Below, one piece after another: positions 58,757 to 64,000 of a DNA stretch of 64,000 nt (position 1 is its first letter; the number at the start of each line of letters is the position of its first letter). The notes below the pieces were generated by a model. The model was not told where the DNA came from. It saw only the letters and a program-made list of their open reading frames with translations, and ran no database searches. Origin of the DNA: an uncultured Acidimicrobiia bacterium (GTDB lineage: Bacteria; Actinomycetota; Acidimicrobiia; IMCC26256; JAENVU01); NCBI GenBank assembly GCA_963820025.1, contig CAWFYL010000003.1, positions 280,261-344,260 on the forward strand, read 5' to 3'. Position numbers and translations under genes: made by a program.

Positions 58757-59239
58757 CTATCCCGTCGACGTCGAGGTCCCGAAGCCTGGGACGTACTGCG
58801 TCAGGTTGAGCAACGGGATCAGCTGGACCAGCAGCGGGCACGTCGCGATCAGCACCGGCTTCAGGTTCGGGAAGATGGTCGCGCCGAGCGGCGGGTTGCC
58901 CGCGCACAGGGCCGGCAACAGGCTCGTGGTCGTCGTGAAGGGGTCGTTGCTGGCCACGATCGCGTCACAGGTACCGGTCACGAACGGCTTGTACGCGTCG
59001 GCGGCCTGCGAGGTGATGACGGGACAGGCCACGGGGATGCCGGCGCGGATCGCGGTGTTGAGGAGCTGCCGGACGATCGGCGGCGGGGTGGACGCGGGGA
59101 CGACGACCTCCAGCTTCGCCTGCCACGCCTCGAGGTCCGCCTTCGCGACGGGGGTCGGCGTCGGGCTCGGGCCGCAGCCCGTGAATCCGGTGAGCAACGC
59201 GATCGACAGCACCGCGGCGGCCACGAGTCCTCTGCGCAT
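58757..59239 (-). CDS. hypothetical Cys-containing lipoprotein
   Basis: ORF 58757..59299 trimmed to ATG 59239 (GGGGGGA SD). Signal plus Cys MRRGLVAAAVLSIALLTGFTGC followed by a PT-rich linker. No recognisable domain. Confidence 0.55.
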   Translation of the reverse strand: MRRGLVAAAVLSIALLTGFTGCGPSPTPTPVAKADLEAWQAKLEVVVPASTPPPIVRQLLNTAIRAGIPVACPVITSQAADAYKPFVTGTCDAIVASNDPFTTTTSLLPALCAGNPPLGATIFPNLKPVLIATCPLLVQLIPLLNLTQYVPGFGTSTSTG

Positions 59240-59431
59240 TCCGAATCCCCCCGGTCTGGAAGCAGCGACGGAGGGCGACCGATTCCGGTCGCCCTCCACA
59301 GCTGTTTCCAGTCCGGCTCCGGCTCAAACCTGATCCTTGCCGCGAATCGGTCCGGGCCGCTCGGCGTGGGGTGATGGCGTTCGGGGCCGCCGGGGTTCAA
59401 CCTCGGCGGGGCGCGCGCCGAGATCCGGAGG

Positions 59432-60187
59432 ATGCGCCTCGCCTACGACGACGACCTCGGCCTCCCCCCGGCGATCGCCTCCAGCTGGGCGGTCGAGGCC
59501 ACGGCCTTCCACGACGTCGGCCGGATGCTCGGAGCGTTCGAGCACGGCGACGTCGACGCCTGCTTCGCCCCCGCGGGGGTCCTCGGACGCCTGTCCGGGA
59601 TCGGTCACACGCTGATCGCGCAGAGCACGGTCGAGGGGTCCACCGCGCTCGCGAGCCGCCTGGTCGTTCGAGCCGACGCACCGGACGCGACGCTCGACAC
59701 GCTCGCGACGCGGGCGATCGGCTTCGTCAACGAGTACTGCACGACGAGCTACTGGGCACCGATGGTCACGTTGATGGAAGTGGTACCGGTCCGCGGGGCA
59801 CTCCCGTTCCGCCCCTGCGCGGGATTCGACGACCTGCTCGGGGCGGTCGTCACGGGTCGGGTCGACGCCGCGATGGTGTGGGACCAGGTCTTGGCCCGCC
59901 ACCCCTCGGAAGCGGTTCGCACTCGGGCGGTCGCGGTCGAGGCGGATCTCCCGGCACCACTGGTGTGCGCACGGGGCGACCTCTCCGCCTCCGACGCGCG
60001 AGTCCTGCGGCGCACGTTCCTCGATGCCCGCGTCGACGGCCGCGCGTCGTTCTTCGACGGGTTCACCGAACCGAACGACGAATGCGTCGCGCGGTTCGCT
60101 CGTCGGATGTCCGCGGTGCGATCGCACTTCAACCTCAGTGCGCGAGCGCTGCCGGTTCGGCAACGGGAGCCCGTTGCGAGCGGATGA
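59432..60187 (+). CDS. PhnD/SsuA-like periplasmic-binding-fold protein lacking a signal peptide
   Basis: 251 aa. GDVDACFAPAGVL and GRVDAAMVWD resemble type-2 PBP (PhnD-like) proteins. No N-terminal signal or lipobox is visible. Confidence 0.55.
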   Translation: MRLAYDDDLGLPPAIASSWAVEATAFHDVGRMLGAFEHGDVDACFAPAGVLGRLSGIGHTLIAQSTVEGSTALASRLVVRADAPDATLDTLATRAIGFVNEYCTTSYWAPMVTLMEVVPVRGALPFRPCAGFDDLLGAVVTGRVDAAMVWDQVLARHPSEAVRTRAVAVEADLPAPLVCARGDLSASDARVLRRTFLDARVDGRASFFDGFTEPNDECVARFARRMSAVRSHFNLSARALPVRQREPVASG

Positions 60188-60230
60188 CGTGATATGCGCC
60201 GGTCATGTTGGTGGTGCTGAGCGTCGTGTG

Positions 60231-60262
60231 AGCGCGCATCATTTCTGGTTATGATGCGCGCT
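60231..60262. promoter_or_regulatory. 12-bp perfect inverted repeat AGCGCGCATCAT-N8-ATGATGCGCGCT
   Basis: 44 nt after the stop of 59432..60187 and 31 nt before ATG 60293. Could be a terminator hairpin or an operator. Confidence 0.5.
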
Positions 60263-60292
60263 GGGCAGCCGTCGACATTGAGGAAAGACGAG

Positions 60293-60757
60293 ATGCCGCC
60301 GTCCAAGCGTTCTCCGAAGAAGGCCTCCGCGAAGCGCGCGAGCCGGGGCCCGAGGCCCGGCACGATGAGCGCGGAGCACAAGAAGGCGCTGGCTCAGGGC
60401 CGCGAAGCGTCCCGGCACGTCCGCGCGTACCTGGACGCGCTGGAGATCAGCAAGCCCAAGCGAGGTCGCAAGCTCGATCCCAAGTCGGTGGAGAAGCGCA
60501 TCGCGCTCATCGACGAGCAGCTCAAGGACGCCAGCGGATTCGAGAAGCTGAACTTGCTCGCCGACAAGGAATCGCTGCAGGGAAAGCTGGCCGGTTCCGG
60601 TCAGGTGATCGTGGACCTTTCGTCCCTTCGACGGGAGTTCGTGAAGCACGCGAAGGTCTATGGCGAGCGCAAGAAGATCTCGTACGCCACCTGGCGTGCG
60701 GCCGGCGTTCCCGCGGACGACCTGAAGGCTGCGGGCATCCCGCGCTCCCGGGGCTGA
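60293..60757 (+). CDS. hypothetical basic protein (Lys/Arg-rich N-terminus)
   Basis: ORF 60251..60757 trimmed to ATG 60293 (GAGGAAAG SD). High third-position GC. No family recognised. Confidence 0.6.
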   Translation: MPPSKRSPKKASAKRASRGPRPGTMSAEHKKALAQGREASRHVRAYLDALEISKPKRGRKLDPKSVEKRIALIDEQLKDASGFEKLNLLADKESLQGKLAGSGQVIVDLSSLRREFVKHAKVYGERKKISYATWRAAGVPADDLKAAGIPRSRG

Positions 60758-60822
60758 TCTCTGGCGGCCGATCGTCGGTCCGGCGCCGCCTGCCGGGCCG
60801 CCGCGCATGCGACCGGTGGGGA

Positions 60823-60840
60823 CCTGACGCTAACGTCAGG
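60823..60840. promoter_or_regulatory. CCTGACG-CTAA-CGTCAGG palindrome upstream of amidohydrolase 60870..62096
   Basis: 7-bp perfect arms, 30 nt upstream of the ATG at 60870. Same core and spacing as 53803..53818. Confidence 0.55.
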
Positions 60841-60869
60841 TGGACCTCACACGACCCGAAGGGTTCGCC

Positions 60870-62096
60870 ATGGAGCCTCCCAAGATCATCAGCGTCGACG
60901 ACCACGTCGTCGAGCCGCCGCACGTCTGGCAGACCTGGCTGCCCGAGAAGTACCGGAAGTGCGGGCCGCGCGTCGAGACGAAGCGTTGGGGCGGCTTCAA
61001 GCTCCGCAAGGGCGCGAAGTACCAGATGGCGGAGGATCCCGAAGGCAAGTGGGGGAGCGCCTGGTACTACGAGGACGAGCTCATCTACGTCCACAAGCGG
61101 TTCGTCGCGATCCCGCAGGCGGCGACGACCGGCGAGGGCGAGAACATCGAGTTCGACCGCGACCAGATGACGATGACCGCGCTCACGTACGACGAGATGC
61201 GTCCCGGCTGCTACGACCGCGACGAGCGCGTGAAGGACCTCGCCCTCAACTGGACCGACGGCTCGCTGCCGTTCCCGACGTTCCCGCGCTTCTGCGGACA
61301 GACGTTCTACGAAGGAGCGGACAAGGAGCTCGGTCTCGCGTGCGTCCGGGCGTACAACGACTGGATGGTCGAGGAGTGGTGCGAGCCGTCCGGCGGCGTC
61401 AACATCCCGCTCTGCATCATCCCGCTGTGGGACGTCGAGCTCGCGGCGCAGGAGACGCTGCGCAACGCGGAGCGCGGCGTGCACGCGATCTGCTTCAGCG
61501 AGATGCCGCACCGCCTGGACCTGCCGACGATCCACTCCGGGTACTGGGACCCGCTGTGGCAGGTCTGCAACGACAACGCGGTGACGGTGTGCATGCACGT
61601 CGGTTCGTCGTCGACGGACCCCATGGCCTCACCCGACGCGCCGACGGGGGCGAACGCGATGATCGCGTTCAACAATTCGATGGCGTCGTTGGCGGACTGG
61701 CTGTTCTCACGCAAGCTCATCGAGTTCCCGAACCTCAAGATCGCGTTCTCGGAGGGCCAGATCGGCTGGATCCCGTACGCGCTCGAGCGGGCCGACACGA
61801 TCTGGGAGCAGCACAACAGCTGGCAGCGCTCCAAGGAGGTGCTCCCGGAGCCACCGTCGACCTACTACTACGGCCGGGTCTACGGCTGCTTCACCGCGGA
61901 CCACCACGGCCTCTACTCGCTCGAGTACGTCGGTCCAGACAACATCTGCTTCGAGACCGACTACCCGCACACGGACACGACGTGGCCGCACTCGAAGGCG
62001 TACGTCGAGAAGATGCTCGCGGGCTTCGACGACGAGGTGGCGTACAAGGTCCTGCGCGGCAACGCGATCGAGATGCTGTCGCTCGACCGCACCTGA
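60870..62096 (+). CDS. amidohydrolase-2 (ACMSD-like) family metal-dependent hydrolase
   Basis: ORF 60840..62096 trimmed to ATG 60870 (MEPPKIISVDDHVVEP). ETDYPHTDTTWP motif. Close paralog of 52545..53769. Confidence 0.85.
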   Translation: MEPPKIISVDDHVVEPPHVWQTWLPEKYRKCGPRVETKRWGGFKLRKGAKYQMAEDPEGKWGSAWYYEDELIYVHKRFVAIPQAATTGEGENIEFDRDQMTMTALTYDEMRPGCYDRDERVKDLALNWTDGSLPFPTFPRFCGQTFYEGADKELGLACVRAYNDWMVEEWCEPSGGVNIPLCIIPLWDVELAAQETLRNAERGVHAICFSEMPHRLDLPTIHSGYWDPLWQVCNDNAVTVCMHVGSSSTDPMASPDAPTGANAMIAFNNSMASLADWLFSRKLIEFPNLKIAFSEGQIGWIPYALERADTIWEQHNSWQRSKEVLPEPPSTYYYGRVYGCFTADHHGLYSLEYVGPDNICFETDYPHTDTTWPHSKAYVEKMLAGFDDEVAYKVLRGNAIEMLSLDRT

Positions 62097-62174
62097 CGTC
62101 GAGGTTCCCCGCCGCCCGCCTGCTCCGGGGTGCTCGCTCGCCCCGGCTCCAGGCGAGTCGGTAGGTTCCCCGTC

Positions 62175-64000
62175 ATGGTCGAGCCGGTCGCGCCCCGAGT
62201 CCTGGACTCGACCACCGGCATCGCCGGTGCGTACGCCGCGCTGCTGGTCCACCAGGCCGGTGCGGAGGTCGTGCGGGTCCTCCGCGACGGCGACGATCCG
62301 GAGCTGGCGCCGGGCGCCCCGCTCACTGCCTATCTCCGCCAGGGCCAGGGCTGCGTCCGGCTCGACGGGAAGTCCGTGACCGATTCCGGCGCCGACCTCT
62401 GGCTCGTGACGCCCCAGCCCCACGAGTACGACGAGGTGCGCACGGTCGCCGCCGCCGATCCGGGGCTCGTGATCGTCGCGATCACGCCCTACGGGCTCGA
62501 CGGGCCGTACGCGGGCCGGCCCGCGAGCGACCTCACGCTGCAGGCCGACAGCGGCGCGCTCGCGATCCGCGGCCGGGCGGGCGAGGAGCCGGTCCAGATG
62601 GGAGGCCGCACCACCGAATGGCTGGCCGGCGCCTTCGCCGCCGCGGTCGCGCTGGCGCTCTGGCGCGGCCGGCGGGCCGGCGGCCCGGGCGCGCTCGTGG
62701 ACGTCTCGCAGGCCGAGGTGACGAACGTCGGCGCCGCGAACTTCATGGACGTCTTCCATGCGATCGAGCCGGGTGTGGATCTCGAGCCGACGACCGGCCC
62801 GCGAGCGTTCGAGACCCCGTCGATCGAGCGGACCGCGGACGGATGGGTCGGCTTCAACACGAACGCCCCGCATCAGATCGAGGGCTTCCTCCGCATGATC
62901 GGCCGGGACGACCTCGCCGACCGCGGGGAGTACATGCTCGCGGGCGCCCGCATGAGCCGCATCGACGAGTGGCAGCCGCTGGTCAGCGGGTGGACGTCGG
63001 CGCGCACCACCGACGAGATCATCGACGCCGCGCTCGCGCACAACGTGCCGGTGGCACCGGTGTGCGACGGGCGCACGGTGACCGAGCTCGACCACGTCGT
63101 CGCGCGCGACAGCCTCGTCGCCGACATCGAGGGCACGTTCCGGATGCCGCGCCGGCCGTGGCGGCTCAACGGGGACCGGGGCCCCGCCCCCGCGCCGCCG
63201 GCCGACCCGTCGGTGGCCGCGACCGGTGTCCCGCCGTGGCGCGAGCGCGATGCGGTCGTGCCTCCGCCCGGCGATGCCGTGCCCCTCGGGCGGCCGCTCA
63301 CCGGGCTCCGCGTGCTGGATCTCACTGCCTGGTGGGCCGGTCCCGCGGCGACCCAGCTGCTCGCGGCGTTCGGCGCGGACGTCATCCACGTCGAGGGCCC
63401 GGCGCGCATGGACGGCATGCGCATGGTGGGTCTGACGTTCCCGGGGCGTCCGGAGTGGTGGGAGCGCAGCCCGTTCTTCCTCACGATCAACGTCAACAAG
63501 CGCGATCTCGCGCTCGACCTCACCTCCGATCGCGGCCGTGAGCTCGCGCTCGCGCTGATCGAGCACGTCGACGTGGTGGTGGAGAACTTCACGCCGCACG
63601 TCCTCGACAAGCTCGGGCTCTCCTGGGATGTCGTCCACGCAGCCAACCCGCGTGCGATCCAGGTCCGGATGCCGGCGTTCGGCCTCGACGGTCCGTGGCG
63701 CGAACGACCCGGCTTCGCGCAGAACATCGAGCAGGCGACCGGCCTTGCGTGGGTCACCGGGCACGTCGACGATCAGCCACGTATCCAGCGCGGGCCGTGC
63801 GACCCGAACGGCGGGCTGCACGCGGTGATCGGGATGCTCGCCGCGCTGGACGAGCGCGACCGCACCGGCGAAGGCTCGCTGGTCGAGGCCTCGCTGTTCG
63901 ACGCCGCGCTCCCGCTGGCCGCGGAGGCGATCGTCGAATGGACCGCGAACCGGCACCTGCTCGAGCGCGACGGCAACCGCAGCGCGATCGCCGCGCCGCA
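62175..64000 (+). CDS. two-domain CoA-transferase family III (CaiB/BaiF-like) protein, 3' end outside window; absent from the ORF track
   Basis: My hand translation from ATG 62175 is open to base 64000. The N-terminal half is divergent (RVLDSTTGIAGAYAALLVHQAGAEVVRV). The second half is canonical (LRVLDLTAWWAGPAATQLLAAFGADVIHVE, ENFTPHVLDKLGL). Confidence 0.8.
   Translation, partial: MVEPVAPRVLDSTTGIAGAYAALLVHQAGAEVVRVLRDGDDPELAPGAPLTAYLRQGQGCVRLDGKSVTDSGADLWLVTPQPHEYDEVRTVAAADPGLVIVAITPYGLDGPYAGRPASDLTLQADSGALAIRGRAGEEPVQMGGRTTEWLAGAFAAAVALALWRGRRAGGPGALVDVSQAEVTNVGAANFMDVFHAIEPGVDLEPTTGPRAFETPSIERTADGWVGFNTNAPHQIEGFLRMIGRDDLADRGEYMLAGARMSRIDEWQPLVSGWTSARTTDEIIDAALAHNVPVAPVCDGRTVTELDHVVARDSLVADIEGTFRMPRRPWRLNGDRGPAPAPPADPSVAATGVPPWRERDAVVPPPGDAVPLGRPLTGLRVLDLTAWWAGPAATQLLAAFGADVIHVEGPARMDGMRMVGLTFPGRPEWWERSPFFLTINVNKRDLALDLTSDRGRELALALIEHVDVVVENFTPHVLDKLGLSWDVVHAANPRAIQVRMPAFGLDGPWRERPGFAQNIEQATGLAWVTGHVDDQPRIQRGPCDPNGGLHAVIGMLAALDERDRTGEGSLVEASLFDAALPLAAEAIVEWTANRHLLERDGNRSAIAAP

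Overview
Very GC-rich, gene-dense chromosomal segment. It looks actinobacterial: GTG/TTG starts are frequent, third codon positions are almost all G/C, and many neighbouring genes share 4-nt ATGA/GTGA stop-start overlaps. I support about 67 protein-coding genes or gene remnants. I found no rRNA, tRNA, CRISPR array, transposase, integrase or phage gene. The content is mostly accessory lipid/terpenoid/steroid-type catabolism: three cytochrome P450s, two acyl-CoA dehydrogenases, two acyl-CoA synthetases, three paralogous amidohydrolases, three LLM (F420-type) oxidoreductases, a hotdog-hydratase/DUF35/thiolase-like aldolase module, CoA-transferase, SDRs, and PhyH and TauD dioxygenases. Six TetR regulators are interspersed, several with clear palindromic operators. 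Other blocks are: (1) a resistance-like cluster (Tet(M)/OtrA-type ribosomal-protection GTPase, UvrA-like ATPase, VOC, AraC, TetR); (2) an NRAMP transporter operon with two PRC-barrel genes and a lipoprotein; (3) an ABC-2 exporter; (4) a standalone LigD polymerase-domain gene; (5) a Zn-ADH/NuoF-like pair next to an orphan LuxR response regulator. The strongest observations are these. Eight single-base frame disruptions sit in six otherwise intact genes, including a compensated pair in one gene and a double hit in another; this means either assembly indel errors or recent pseudogenisation. A shared palindrome (CTGACG-N4-CGTCAG) lies upstream of two amidohydrolase paralogs, with a degenerate copy upstream of a tandem-duplicated TetR. 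Two genes are missing from the ORF track: a 58-aa RHH protein and an open-ended two-domain CoA-transferase. Two clear gene remnants are present: an EVE-domain fragment fused to a SnoaL-like domain, and a methyltransferase relic. I did not find a convincing complete novel multi-gene system such as a defence island. All family assignments rest on motif recognition by eye and need HMM or BLAST confirmation.
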